53,560 nt of DNA, from NCBI GenBank assembly GCA_030599585.1, contig JAUVNS010000023.1, positions 1-53,560 of the forward strand, in the 5' to 3' direction. The notes beneath the pieces were generated by a model, which saw only the letters and a list, made by a program, of their open reading frames with translations, was not told where the DNA came from and ran no database searches. This stretch comes from Promethearchaeota archaeon. GTDB taxonomy: Archaea > Asgardarchaeota > Lokiarchaeia > Sigyniarchaeales > SOKP01. Made by a program: the position numbers and the translations under genes. Within the stretch, counting starts at the first letter, position 1, and every line of letters starts with the position of its first letter. Positions 1-9,556 of the stretch are shown here, piece after piece.

Positions 1-1158
1 AATTACAGTAAATATGGCGAATATAGTGGATCCTACTTACTGTTTCGATTATCTAGTAATTTTTCAATTGGGCTTCGCAGTTGCGATGGTTTAGGCGAAA
101 AACGGGCTTTTGAAGAGGAAAAAATACAATTAGATAATTATTTTCATAAAATTCTCGAAAGAGATTACGAATATCTCGAATACTGGACTTCCAGACAGTT
201 AAGAAATCATTGTAGGAAAAATTCCATCCCACTCCCAGGTGGAAGGAGGAAGATAGATTTAATTAAAACAATTCAAAATTCAAAACTTAGTAAAAAACCA
301 CGATTGTTGTTTATTCAGAATTTATTAAACTATCCTACGATCTTTCAAGAAATATGTGTCCGACACGCAGAATATTTTGAAAGTTATTACGTGTACACGA
401 TAGAGGCAGAGAAGTGGTCCAGACAAAAGATAAACGAGTTTTTTGAAAAAAACAATAGCGAAAGAACAGAATTTATGATAGAGTATTTGTTAGAAAACAA
501 AGAAAACGACATGTATCTCAAGCTTTTGGAAAGAGGTTTGGCACAAAAAGAAAATAAAATCCGAAAAGACGTTAAAAGATTATTTCAAGATAAGTATCGA
601 TTAATATTTCCTGAACTTATCAAGCCGAAAAAAATTGAAAAGTCAAAACTATATAAATCAAAAGTATTAAAATTTACCCAAGTAAAAATTAAAACTGACG
701 ATTTTCGAGTAACTCGCAACATTGGGCAGAGGGGAGAGTGTTACGTTTGCTACAACGTGTTGTTGTCAGATTTAGAAAAAAAATACCCACAAGGGAAAGT
801 GATTAACAACGAATGGGAAAACGGTTTTTACGTAGAAATTAATGGTAAAGAAATCGCGAGAGTTATATGGAATAACGAAATTGAGGAGTCTTTTGAACCC
901 TACGACCTTTTACTAATCGATAATAGTAAAGAATTTTTCGTTGAAGTGAAAGCGTCGATAAACAATTACATCGATTTTACCATTAGTAAAAAAGAACTCA
1001 ATTTCGCGAAAGAAAAAAAAGAAAACTATATTTTATATCAAGTTGTAAACGTAAATAACGATAATATTGGCAGCTATAAGTTTGACGGTTTCTACCAGAA
1101 ATATCAAGAGGGGAAATTCGAGATAGATTCGTACAAAATAAAATATCGCGAGCTTTAA
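1..1158 (+). CDS. 5'-partial DUF3883 (NO VEIN C-terminal-like, PD-(D/E)XK) nuclease-domain protein with a SAP-like motif
   Basis: Frame 1 is open from base 1. C-terminal GQRGE...PYDLL...FVEVKAS...ISKKEL..A...YILYQV matches the DUF3883 pattern. WTSRQLRNHCRKNSIPLPGGRRKIDLIKTI (about 184-273) resembles a SAP DNA-binding motif. Confidence 0.7.
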   Translation, partial: NYSKYGEYSGSYLLFRLSSNFSIGLRSCDGLGEKRAFEEEKIQLDNYFHKILERDYEYLEYWTSRQLRNHCRKNSIPLPGGRRKIDLIKTIQNSKLSKKPRLLFIQNLLNYPTIFQEICVRHAEYFESYYVYTIEAEKWSRQKINEFFEKNNSERTEFMIEYLLENKENDMYLKLLERGLAQKENKIRKDVKRLFQDKYRLIFPELIKPKKIEKSKLYKSKVLKFTQVKIKTDDFRVTRNIGQRGECYVCYNVLLSDLEKKYPQGKVINNEWENGFYVEINGKEIARVIWNNEIEESFEPYDLLLIDNSKEFFVEVKASINNYIDFTISKKELNFAKEKKENYILYQVVNVNNDNIGSYKFDGFYQKYQEGKFEIDSYKIKYREL

Positions 1159-1184
1159 GACACGTATTAAATTAAATATGTAAT

Positions 1185-2126
1185 CTATGGATAGTCAAAG
1201 TACAACCCGTGCCTGTGCTTCACCAACCTAAATATATCCTCTGGAACCCTAAAAGAAAATTTATAGGAGTTGAGCTCAACGAACTCTTTACGACCAACAA
1301 AACGATCTGAAGCGTTATTTAACTCTTTAATTAAAGCCTTGGTTTTCCCAACCTCTCCTTCGAACCAATATACCTGCGCGAGAAATTGTACAGCCTCGTC
1401 GTCTTTAGGATACAATTGTAACAGTTCCTTCAGGACAATTTTTGCTTTTACGAGGTTGTCGAGTTTTAAGTACACAAACGCTAAGACCAAGTGAGCTTTG
1501 CGATGGATAAGGTCTATCCCGAGAAGTCGCTTAAGAACCTTCAGGTTGTTGGAAAAATCGTTTTTGTCGTTAAAACGAGCACTAAGGAGCTCTAAAACTT
1601 CTTTATCGTCGATATAATCTATTAAATCTCTTAGTATAGAGCGTTTTAGGTGAGCAATGTGGTTTTCTATAACTAAATATTTCTGAACGGTCGGGGATTT
1701 GCTCTTAAACCGTTTGGTTACTTCTTGCGAAAATATTTTTTTCGCTTTGGCGTCACCTACGGTTGCTAGCCTTTTTAATAAGGGAAACGATAAATTTCTG
1801 TGTAACAAGCAAGTATTGTAATTATTCTCCACCCACACTTGTAAGTTCGAGCAGTGTCCTTTGAACTCTTCTTCTGGGCTCAATCCTATATCTTTTGGTG
1901 TGATTTCATATTCTAGTTGTTTACCGTAAAACTCGCTTGCTTGGTCGATTGACTCGAAATTGTTAACTTCGGTCAACGGAATGTTCATAAGTAAGTACTT
2001 ACAAGCAATAAACGGTTTATCCTTGACGTAAATTAATGTTTTTTGGTGCCTAAATCGAACTGAAAGGTATTTATTTAACTTAAAAACAGTCGATCCATCG
2101 AAGCTCAAGCTCACCCTAAGGCTCAT
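1185..2126 (-). CDS. Lokiarchaeal-type conserved N-terminal domain + TPR-like repeats
   Basis: FKLNKYLSVRF...CKYLLMNIP...EEEFKGHCSNLQVWVENNYNTCLLHRNLSFPLLKRL, then TPR-like helices (LQLYPKDDEAVQFLAQVY). Paralog of 4893-5846. Confidence 0.7.
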   Translation of the reverse strand: MSLRVSLSFDGSTVFKLNKYLSVRFRHQKTLIYVKDKPFIACKYLLMNIPLTEVNNFESIDQASEFYGKQLEYEITPKDIGLSPEEEFKGHCSNLQVWVENNYNTCLLHRNLSFPLLKRLATVGDAKAKKIFSQEVTKRFKSKSPTVQKYLVIENHIAHLKRSILRDLIDYIDDKEVLELLSARFNDKNDFSNNLKVLKRLLGIDLIHRKAHLVLAFVYLKLDNLVKAKIVLKELLQLYPKDDEAVQFLAQVYWFEGEVGKTKALIKELNNASDRFVGRKEFVELNSYKFSFRVPEDIFRLVKHRHGLYFDYP

Positions 2127-2196
2127 CTCGCGGGGTAAAAAACGTTATTGTAGAAAAACTCCTTAATTCCCTTTATAGAGGATTGATTTTAGTATG

Positions 2197-2210
2197 TTAA
2201 TAAACTTTTC
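2197..2210 (-). promoter_or_regulatory. Canonical BRE-TATA promoter
   Basis: Minus strand GAAAAGTTTATTAA upstream of the 2126 start. Confidence 0.45.
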
Positions 2211-2285
2211 TACCGGAGGGAGCTACCCTGTAAAAAAGGTAGGTTTTTAGTATAATTTTTTGCCTTGTGCTAAATAGAACTTATT

Positions 2286-3980
2286 TTACGGTTCTTTAAC
2301 ATTAATTTCTTCAGTATCGTTAAACCTTTGAGCAGAAATTCCGATTCTCTGTGTTTTTCGCGCTTTGCGATTTTGCCTGCGCTCTTCCATCACGAAATCG
2401 ATGACGTATTTCGCAACTCCGGCAGTTGTAAATCCCACGTTTCTGTCTGTTTCTTGAATTTGTCGTATTAACTGTACGACTTTCTGATTGGGTATAGGAC
2501 GCTCAAAAGTGTATGGAATCTCGGATAATTCGGCTTCAATGTTTTTGATCTGAGCTCTGTTTTTTCTTGATATATCCTTACAACTCCAAGGTTTTGTTGC
2601 AGATCCTATTTTTTCTTGGTAATCGAACGAACTCGGGACAAGATACATAGGTGCAGGACGAAATTGTATGGGAAGCGGAACTTGGTTCCCGTTTTCGGTT
2701 ATACGCTTTTGATTAGAATAGTGCTTTATTGTATTTATAACGTTTTCGCAATTGTTTAACTCGGTGTCAAGGTTGCTAAACCCGACTACTAACATTGCAA
2801 CCACGTTCACGCCTGCTTGAGTTAAGGTTTCGATCGTTTCCATGTTTTGATGCACGCTCGTACCTTTGTTCATTTGGAGTAAGTCCTCGTCAGAAAACGC
2901 CTCAAATCCCACCCAAGCGTCTTCAAATCCCGCTAATTTAGCCTTTTTAGCAAGTTCTAGGGTGATATTAGCTCTGAAATGCGTCCCGAATTTGATATTT
3001 AATTTTTTTTCGATCAAGGCGTCGCATAATCGCTCGAAATAGTCTAAATCGTCGTTTATTAACGATTCTCCAAACAACATAAATCCGGGATTGTGGTCGG
3101 CTACGATTTTTTCAACGTCTCGAACAACTTTTTCGACCGAACGAGTTCTGAACCGAGGTCCAAAGAGTTTCCATTCCGCACAGAACTTACATCTATTCGT
3201 ACACCCGCGTGATCGGTATGTTGAGGCGATGTTATAATAGGTATCTAAAGGAATGTCGGTATAGTCAGGGGTAGGCAACGAATCCAAATCGAGTTGCACT
3301 CCTACCAAGTAATAAATTTCTTTATTGCCATCTAAACTCATAACTCCTTTTATTTCTGACAGTTTTTTGCCTTGAGCTATCTCAAGTAGCGGTTGTTCGC
3401 CCTCCCCAATTACTAAACCATCGCACATCTTATTTTTGAGAAATAACTTAAATGCTCCAAACGATTGAGTGATAGAAGGTCCGCCCCATACTATTTTACA
3501 ATCGGGATTATGTAATTTTAAGTAACAAGATGAGATAACTGTTTCAGAAATGTTTAGGTAATTGAGCGAGAAACCAAGAGTTGTAAACCCTTTTAACGCT
3601 TCCAGAACTGTGTTTTTACAATAATTTATCGTGCTTTCAAACCGCTTTTTTGTTGTTTCGGGACTTTCGAACATCCTCGAGGAATAATCGTTTAAGATAT
3701 CTGGATACGCACCTTCAGCGAGATTTACTTCCCGATTATTTAAAATATCGTTCGTAATAGGGATTAAAAGCGGTAAATCTTGATGATTCACGATAAAATT
3801 GGTTAAGTTCAACTGGATAAGTGGATCGAAAACTACTTTAGGGAGGGTGTAATTTCTCGTTCTAAAATTAAATACCTTAACCGGAATTGAATTTTGTCTA
3901 AGAAACGCTTGTAAGCACGCGAGTCCGAGGGGTATTAACCTATCGTTGATACACGATACTTTTACTAAGGCAATTGTCAT
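2286..3980 (-). CDS. B12-binding radical SAM protein (class B methyltransferase-like)
   Basis: PLGLACL N-terminus, WGGP...GEGE B12-binding segment, SRGCTNRCKFC (CxxxCxxC). Confidence 0.9.
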   Translation of the reverse strand: MTIALVKVSCINDRLIPLGLACLQAFLRQNSIPVKVFNFRTRNYTLPKVVFDPLIQLNLTNFIVNHQDLPLLIPITNDILNNREVNLAEGAYPDILNDYSSRMFESPETTKKRFESTINYCKNTVLEALKGFTTLGFSLNYLNISETVISSCYLKLHNPDCKIVWGGPSITQSFGAFKLFLKNKMCDGLVIGEGEQPLLEIAQGKKLSEIKGVMSLDGNKEIYYLVGVQLDLDSLPTPDYTDIPLDTYYNIASTYRSRGCTNRCKFCAEWKLFGPRFRTRSVEKVVRDVEKIVADHNPGFMLFGESLINDDLDYFERLCDALIEKKLNIKFGTHFRANITLELAKKAKLAGFEDAWVGFEAFSDEDLLQMNKGTSVHQNMETIETLTQAGVNVVAMLVVGFSNLDTELNNCENVINTIKHYSNQKRITENGNQVPLPIQFRPAPMYLVPSSFDYQEKIGSATKPWSCKDISRKNRAQIKNIEAELSEIPYTFERPIPNQKVVQLIRQIQETDRNVGFTTAGVAKYVIDFVMEERRQNRKARKTQRIGISAQRFNDTEEINVKEP

Positions 3981-4039
3981 AATTTTTACACTTCTTTTTA
4001 TCTTTGATTTTTTATTAGTTTACCACGAAAATGAGGGAT

Positions 4040-4056
4040 TATATAAAAAGAAAAAA
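4040..4056 (-). promoter_or_regulatory. Pyrimidine-BRE class promoter
   Basis: Minus strand TTTTTTCTTTTTATATA upstream of the radical SAM gene. Confidence 0.55.
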
Positions 4057-4082
4057 TCGTAGGTCGCGAATTTTAAGTTTAA

Positions 4083-4343
4083 TTACGTGGATTCTTCTCC
4101 TAAAAGAATTCTCGCCGAGTTCATTAATATTTCGCAATCGCAACATCTCCCGTTTTCTTTACAGATTTCCAGTACTTTTTCTTGATCGGTATAGGATATT
4201 CCCATAGATTCAAGTATTTTCCTTGCGTAAGGAAATTTAGGACCTCCGCACTCCCATTTACCCCCTCCAAATTTGCACTTCCCCTCTAGAGCGTAGAGAA
4301 ATACGTGGAGCTGTAACTGGGAGAGTGGGAAACCTTCCATCAT
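4083..4343 (-). CDS. Small Cys-rich protein (DUF2695-like)
   Basis: C-terminal ENGRCCDCEILMN resembles the DUF2695 GGxCDCEVLxN motif. Confidence 0.6.
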   Translation of the reverse strand: MMEGFPLSQLQLHVFLYALEGKCKFGGGKWECGGPKFPYARKILESMGISYTDQEKVLEICKENGRCCDCEILMNSARILLGEEST

Positions 4344-4364
4344 GTGAGATCAAATACCTTGTTT

Positions 4365-4378
4365 TATTTAAAGAAAAA
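4365..4378 (-). promoter_or_regulatory. Pyrimidine-BRE class promoter
   Basis: Minus strand TTTTTCTTTAAATA, TATA starting 29 nt before ATG 4343 (leaderless spacing). Confidence 0.6.
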
Positions 4379-4379
4379 G

Positions 4380-4613
4380 TTAGCTTTCTTTCCGATGACT
4401 TAAATAGGATTGAAAGTAACTGTACTTATTTTTTTTGTACGGCCTCTCAGGAGCGTTAAGAAAACACGCGGGACAAAAAATTGATAATAGTTTGTCGTTC
4501 CAGACGAGAATGGCGCGTTTTGTGGAATACTGAGGGTGATTTTTTTTAAATTCGTCGAACGAGATACTTTCTTCACAATCAATACAATTCCGATCTTGAG
4601 AAATAGAGGCCAT
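4380..4613 (-). CDS. Small zinc-finger protein
   Basis: CIDC...CPAC pairs, 77 aa. Confidence 0.6.
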   Translation of the reverse strand: MASISQDRNCIDCEESISFDEFKKNHPQYSTKRAILVWNDKLLSIFCPACFLNAPERPYKKNKYSYFQSYLSHRKES

Positions 4614-4892
4614 AGTTGTAGTTCTTAAAAGAACTATATTAAAAATAGATGGGTATTAGCCCAGTAATTTTTCCACTTCTTATCGTTAATAACTGCGAAA
4701 AAAAAAGGTTTAGACGCCCACAACTACAAAATCGTATCCGTACTTAAAGTTTCGTCAGCTCTAAATACGGTAAAGATTTTTTTAATTATCGAAGCCTAAA
4801 CTTTTTTTTGTCAAAAATATAGAATAATCTCGCAAATAAATTTGTATTGTTTTACCTGAGGTATTCACTATTTTTTAAGAAACATAAACTCT

Positions 4893-5846
4893 CTAAGCTT
4901 TCCAAGTCTCAAATATCTCTTCCGACGCTCTATAACGGAAATCGCCAACGCGATCAAACGCGTTTAATTTTAACAGTTTGTACATGCCGCGGTCCAATGC
5001 GCTTAAGTTTTTGTATTTCGCGAATTTGATTTTCGAATTTTTTAATCGAGCGAGCATTTTTTTCGCTTTACTACTCTTCCTTTCGAACGTATACAAATGA
5101 CTCAAAAAAAAGAGAGCCATCTCGTCGTAAGGATAGAGCATCAGGATTTTTCTAAACGCGAGAATCGCGTTCTTGGTATCGTTATTTCTTATATATCTAT
5201 TTGCTAAGACCATGTTGTTGGTATAGTTTTTTGAATCCATCTGGACGAGCGAGTTTAACGCTTTTATTTCCGACCGTAAGTTTTGTGAGCGACCGTAATA
5301 CCCAGCGAGGGAATGAAGCACTTTTTTATCTACAATGCATTGAAAAAGGTCGTCAACGTAGTCGTCTTCCAAAAAACTGAGGAATCCTCCCTCGATTAAA
5401 AAAACTTGTACCGCAGTGGACTTACTTTTAAACCGGACCACAATTTCTTGAACCAAAGCTTCTTTCGCTACGGGGTCTCCAACGCTTGTAAGCTTTTTTA
5501 GCAAAGGGAACGCTAAATTTATGTGACACAAAAGCGTATCGTAATTATTCTCCGCCCACACTTGTAGGTTCGAGCAATGTCCCCTGAATTCTTCTTCCGG
5601 AGTCAACCCAACTTCTTTGGGCGTGATTTCATATTCTAGTTGTTTACCGTAAAACTCGCTTGCTTGGTCGATTGACTCGAAATCGTTAACTTCGGTCAAC
5701 GGAACGTTCGTAAGCAAGTACTTGCAAATTTTAAACGGCTCATTTTTTACATATATAACGGTTTTATTGTGTTCAAACCGTAAGGTTAAAAAATCGTTGA
5801 GCTTAAACTTAACCATAGGATACTTTTTTCTTAACAATTTTAGCAA
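4893..5846 (-). CDS. Lokiarchaeal-type conserved N-terminal domain + TPR-like repeats (true start possibly MVKFKLN near 5816)
   Basis: Same N-terminal domain as 1185-2126, with TPR-like C-terminus. Confidence 0.7.
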   Translation of the reverse strand: MLKLLRKKYPMVKFKLNDFLTLRFEHNKTVIYVKNEPFKICKYLLTNVPLTEVNDFESIDQASEFYGKQLEYEITPKEVGLTPEEEFRGHCSNLQVWAENNYDTLLCHINLAFPLLKKLTSVGDPVAKEALVQEIVVRFKSKSTAVQVFLIEGGFLSFLEDDYVDDLFQCIVDKKVLHSLAGYYGRSQNLRSEIKALNSLVQMDSKNYTNNMVLANRYIRNNDTKNAILAFRKILMLYPYDEMALFFLSHLYTFERKSSKAKKMLARLKNSKIKFAKYKNLSALDRGMYKLLKLNAFDRVGDFRYRASEEIFETWKA

Positions 5847-5930
5847 CGACTTTCCACCGCTTCAATTCAATTATCTTCATTAAATATGTATATTTAAATA
5901 AAAATATAAGACGAGGTCGAATTTAAATTT

Positions 5931-6179
5931 TTATTTGATGTGTTTATCGAAAAATCGTTCTATCTTATCCACGAGCATATCCTTACAGGCAGGATCGTTC
6001 CACTCGCCTCCAGAGAAAAGTTCTTCCTTTTTTGCTTCTAGTTGTAAGCCGTATTTCGCAACGACATAGAACACTCGCGTGTAAAAGCGAGTAAAATCGG
6101 CAACCTCTAATATTTCGTTAATTGCTTCTTGCTTTAGAAACTCTCGGGCTTGTTCCTTTGTGAAATTATTATCGTCCAT
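5931..6179 (-). CDS. Hypothetical protein
   Basis: 82-aa ORF with ATG start and protein-like composition. Confidence 0.6.
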   Translation of the reverse strand: MDDNNFTKEQAREFLKQEAINEILEVADFTRFYTRVFYVVAKYGLQLEAKKEELFSGGEWNDPACKDMLVDKIERFFDKHIK

Positions 6180-6258
6180 CTTAATAAGAAATTTGACTAT
6201 AAAATATATATCTTCTAAGAGTAGAAAATTTTTAAAAAAAAAAAGAAAAATGGTTAAA

Positions 6259-7431
6259 TTACTTTCTTAGGATTCGTTTCTGGACCACGAAGTGAGTTCT
6301 TAGGGGGGTGCTATGTGGAAAGATCGATTTGATTGCGCGGTCGTTATTTGCCCAAATAGTTGTTCCTTCGTAGTAATCGTACCCATAGACGGCTGCTGAA
6401 AGCATTTTTCCAATGTTATGCAAAGCAGAGAATATCCCTTTTCCAGCGTATTCCTTTTTAATGATTACTGTGTCCACGTTCATATGTGTTAGCGGTTCAT
6501 CAGCCCACAACTGATAAAGATTTGGTTGGCACATCAACACTCCAACTAGTTTTCCGGTGCGTTTATCGAACCCAAATACACACGTAGAGACGATGTTATC
6601 GAGATCGGCTGCGTTCCAAGTGTCTAAAAAGCCTGGCATGTCAGCATACGTCTGAGGATCGAAATCAGGGTTGACAATTTTTACTTTTTTGCTGGCCTGA
6701 TCGTAAATTTCCATAATTTCATCGAATCGATCCTTACCTCCTGCGGCGTCAGCTAACACGGCATAGAACGATTGTTGCGCTAATTGCAATATTTGGGGTT
6801 TTAACGCTTTGATTTCGTCGAGAGAGAGGAATCGGGCCATTATGTTGTCGTCTAATTTTTTTCCTTTCTTCCAAGTCGTCATAAACGTATCGACGCATGA
6901 ATATTTGGAATCGATTTTGTAGCCTAAATCTTTTAGATACTCTAGAACACTTGAGTCCGGATCGTTAAACGACACACCGCTCATCATTGGGGCAGTAAAT
7001 CCTTCGGTTTGGAAACCTATCCCTCCGACTTTTTTTGGATAGTTTATTGGGCCTCTGAGCTTTTTGAACTTGTGAACTTTCACGAACTTCTCGCACTCTC
7101 CCATGAGGGATTTACACGCTTCGAAATTTTGCGCGTGTAGCCAACCAAACGTAGGACAACGCATGCCATAACTTCGAAAATCTTGGTCGATTTGACAAAT
7201 CACAAACCCCACCCAAGTTTCGTTTCGAATCGCTGCGAACATTACTATCTCGTCTTCGGGGCTAATAGATTTGTGCTGGTAGAAAGTAATTATCTCGGAC
7301 ACGATTTTGGGCTTTAGCGCCTCGTTTGGAACGTATAAGAGTTCCGTTAAGATTTTTCTGATTTGAGCGGGCTTGCTCACTTCTACTACTTTTACGCTTT
7401 GAACTTGTTTTTTTTGTGTAATTAATTCCAT
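6259..7431 (-). CDS. GNAT-fold (tandem GNAT) N-acyltransferase-like protein; start reassigned to MELITQKK at 7431
   Basis: FGWLHA...KKLRGPIN...LKDLGY and KEYAGKGIFSAL acetyl-CoA-binding motif A. A promoter motif at 7476-7490 lies inside the longer ORF call and upstream of this ATG. Confidence 0.7.
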   Translation of the reverse strand: MELITQKKQVQSVKVVEVSKPAQIRKILTELLYVPNEALKPKIVSEIITFYQHKSISPEDEIVMFAAIRNETWVGFVICQIDQDFRSYGMRCPTFGWLHAQNFEACKSLMGECEKFVKVHKFKKLRGPINYPKKVGGIGFQTEGFTAPMMSGVSFNDPDSSVLEYLKDLGYKIDSKYSCVDTFMTTWKKGKKLDDNIMARFLSLDEIKALKPQILQLAQQSFYAVLADAAGGKDRFDEIMEIYDQASKKVKIVNPDFDPQTYADMPGFLDTWNAADLDNIVSTCVFGFDKRTGKLVGVLMCQPNLYQLWADEPLTHMNVDTVIIKKEYAGKGIFSALHNIGKMLSAAVYGYDYYEGTTIWANNDRAIKSIFPHSTPLRTHFVVQKRILRK

Positions 7432-7475
7432 TTTATACAACTTTCTTAGATGTTTATTATGTGAGATATAATTTG

Positions 7476-7490
7476 TATTTAAAGAAAAAA
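7476..7490 (-). promoter_or_regulatory. Pyrimidine-BRE class promoter
   Basis: Minus strand TTTTTTCTTTAAATA. Confidence 0.55.
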
Positions 7491-8081
7491 ATCTTTTTTC
7501 ATTAGTTGTTAGATAGCAATGTTCTATTATGGATGTAGGGATTATTTCTTCCGACATAGTTATTTCACGATTTTAAAATTTCTTAAGATGCTTCAAGGTT
7601 AGGAGCGCAAACTCGAATACCTCAAAAATTTTGATCTTTAAATTGATCACATTCAATTTTTTTTTAATTAGAACCATAGATCAAAAAACCAACTCTAGAC
7701 CGGTAGCTCCTATTATCTAAAGAATTAGTGTTAAAAAATGATGAGTATATATACTTATATCAAAAGACAAGAATAGAGGTTCATTTTATGCAGATAACAT
7801 TAAATGTAGTTCGCGGAGAAATTAGCGTTTCAGTCAAAAAAAGCAAGAATAGAAAACCATCCATATTATTGAAGGTTTTCGAAGAAAAAAAATATAGAAA
7901 ACTTGACTATTGGATGTAAATTAATATTCTGGCTGAGAATAACATCCTCAAGTTTCCTAATCATAAATCTACTTTTTTTTATTTAAACCCTCAACTTTTT
8001 TCTATTTAGAGCACTACTCTTTTTTATTATTAAAATAACTTGATGAAGTTGTTTGAACTTTATCTGAACAAAAAGAAATTT

Positions 8082-9320
8082 TTAAGTATTTATTTGCACA
8101 TTCAACATATCTACTAATTCTTGTCCCGCCGGAAGAAGTTCAGGTCTTGGAACGTTTCCTTCGAAGTAATTAAACACTACGTAATCTTCAAACGATTTAT
8201 CCTCTTTTCTGTAAGACCAACAAGGCATGTATCCCCTTGCTCTAAACCCGAACTCGTAAAATAATTGTTGGTGCTCCGGACTGAAGGCAGAAACGAACAC
8301 TTCGCTGTATCTAATACTGTTTTCTTTGATAACCTTTAGAAACTCTTCTAAATATACGTAAAGTTCTTCAGGCGAATTCACGTGATATTTAGTTTTTTCG
8401 AGGTTCTGAATGCAGGGAGTATGTAAAAAAGAAAAATAGGATTTTGTTCCTGTAATAAAAAACTGAAAGTATTGATAGCCGTACTTATCTTTGATTACGT
8501 CTTTCCTAAACTTTTTTTGCATGGAAGCAATTTTTTGGTAATCTAAGTGTAAATCGGGAGAGACTAACTGAAAATTTCCTAAATTATATAGGTTGTCGCA
8601 ATGTAAAAAACTGTCCAACGCGTTTCTGATAAGAAGCGGTGTCTGATGTTCCCGATATCCGTTGAGAGCTTTTTCCCTAAATACGACGCCCATCACGTCG
8701 GATTCTACCTTGTTAAAAAACACGTCCTTGTTAGGAAAGAACGCTACGGTGTTTATTCCGCACACAGAAGTTATGTATTGCGAAGCTGCGTGGGCCGTTC
8801 TGTTCTCGCAATACCACATGAGTATCTCGTCCTTATAAGTGCTCCACATCCACGCGTAGGAACCGATAATGGATTTGGTAACGTCGATAATTCCTTGGTA
8901 TTCTTTTCTAACCATAAAACCGCCGGTGTATCCTTTTCGGTTTTCGAAGTCTAACGCGCACCTGAAACAGCCAACTATATCCTCTTCGATCTTAAAGAGA
9001 ATGAAGTGATTTTCGGGACTTTCGATCATCTTTTTTACTTCTTTCGGATCTTCTATCTCTTTATATGGATATTTGCCTTCGTATACTTCCTTACAAATAG
9101 TAGAAATTTCAACTGCGTCTTTAGGCTTGGCTAGGTATAGGGTAGGGCTAATTTTATCCGAACCTAACTTAGAATCGATGGTAAAATCTAACTCCATACC
9201 TTTTTCCAGGTCGAGATCTAAAACGTGTAGAAAAACGTCTAAAAATTCGTCTACCGACCCGGGGTTGAGTTTCTGGTGCGAAATTATTTTAGGGATAGAA
9301 ATTGTTTCTGGGCTGATCAT
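8082..9320 (-). CDS. GNAT-family acyltransferase-like protein
   Basis: AKPKDAVEI..ICKEVY...YPY...GGFMVRKEYQG and C-terminal FYEFGFRARGYMP. Confidence 0.7.
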   Translation of the reverse strand: MISPETISIPKIISHQKLNPGSVDEFLDVFLHVLDLDLEKGMELDFTIDSKLGSDKISPTLYLAKPKDAVEISTICKEVYEGKYPYKEIEDPKEVKKMIESPENHFILFKIEEDIVGCFRCALDFENRKGYTGGFMVRKEYQGIIDVTKSIIGSYAWMWSTYKDEILMWYCENRTAHAASQYITSVCGINTVAFFPNKDVFFNKVESDVMGVVFREKALNGYREHQTPLLIRNALDSFLHCDNLYNLGNFQLVSPDLHLDYQKIASMQKKFRKDVIKDKYGYQYFQFFITGTKSYFSFLHTPCIQNLEKTKYHVNSPEELYVYLEEFLKVIKENSIRYSEVFVSAFSPEHQQLFYEFGFRARGYMPCWSYRKEDKSFEDYVVFNYFEGNVPRPELLPAGQELVDMLNVQINT

Positions 9321-9372
9321 TTTTTTGACTTGTAACTACGTTTTATGCGATGGAGAGCACATCTGACCAGAG

Positions 9373-9386
9373 TATATAAAGGAAAA
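9373..9386 (-). promoter_or_regulatory. Pyrimidine-BRE class promoter
   Basis: Minus strand TTTTCCTTTATATA in a divergent intergenic region. Confidence 0.6.
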
Positions 9387-9472
9387 GAGGATTAATATCA
9401 GAAAAAATCAGATTCCAAAAATAATATATTGCGAGTGTTTTAATTCTAACTTCAAAAAATTTTACAAAGTCG

Positions 9473-9488
9473 TTTTTTTCTTTATATA
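9473..9488 (+). promoter_or_regulatory. Pyrimidine-BRE class promoter
   Basis: TTTTTTTCTTTATATA upstream of the ThiF gene, in a divergent region. Confidence 0.6.
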
Positions 9489-9556
9489 TCTTCTTGGATT
9501 GAGCGCTATAACTTAACTAAATCTCAACAAGAACAAAATAAATAAGTGAATAATAA

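Noticed and set aside
4750-4760. Hammerhead ribozyme or SECIS (CUGACGAAAC on the minus strand)
   Set aside because: No stem II between CUGANGA and GAAA, and no in-frame UGA selenoprotein candidate nearby.
7728-7919. 63-aa ORF between the GNAT genes
   Set aside because: GTG start, low complexity, no motif; probably intergenic.
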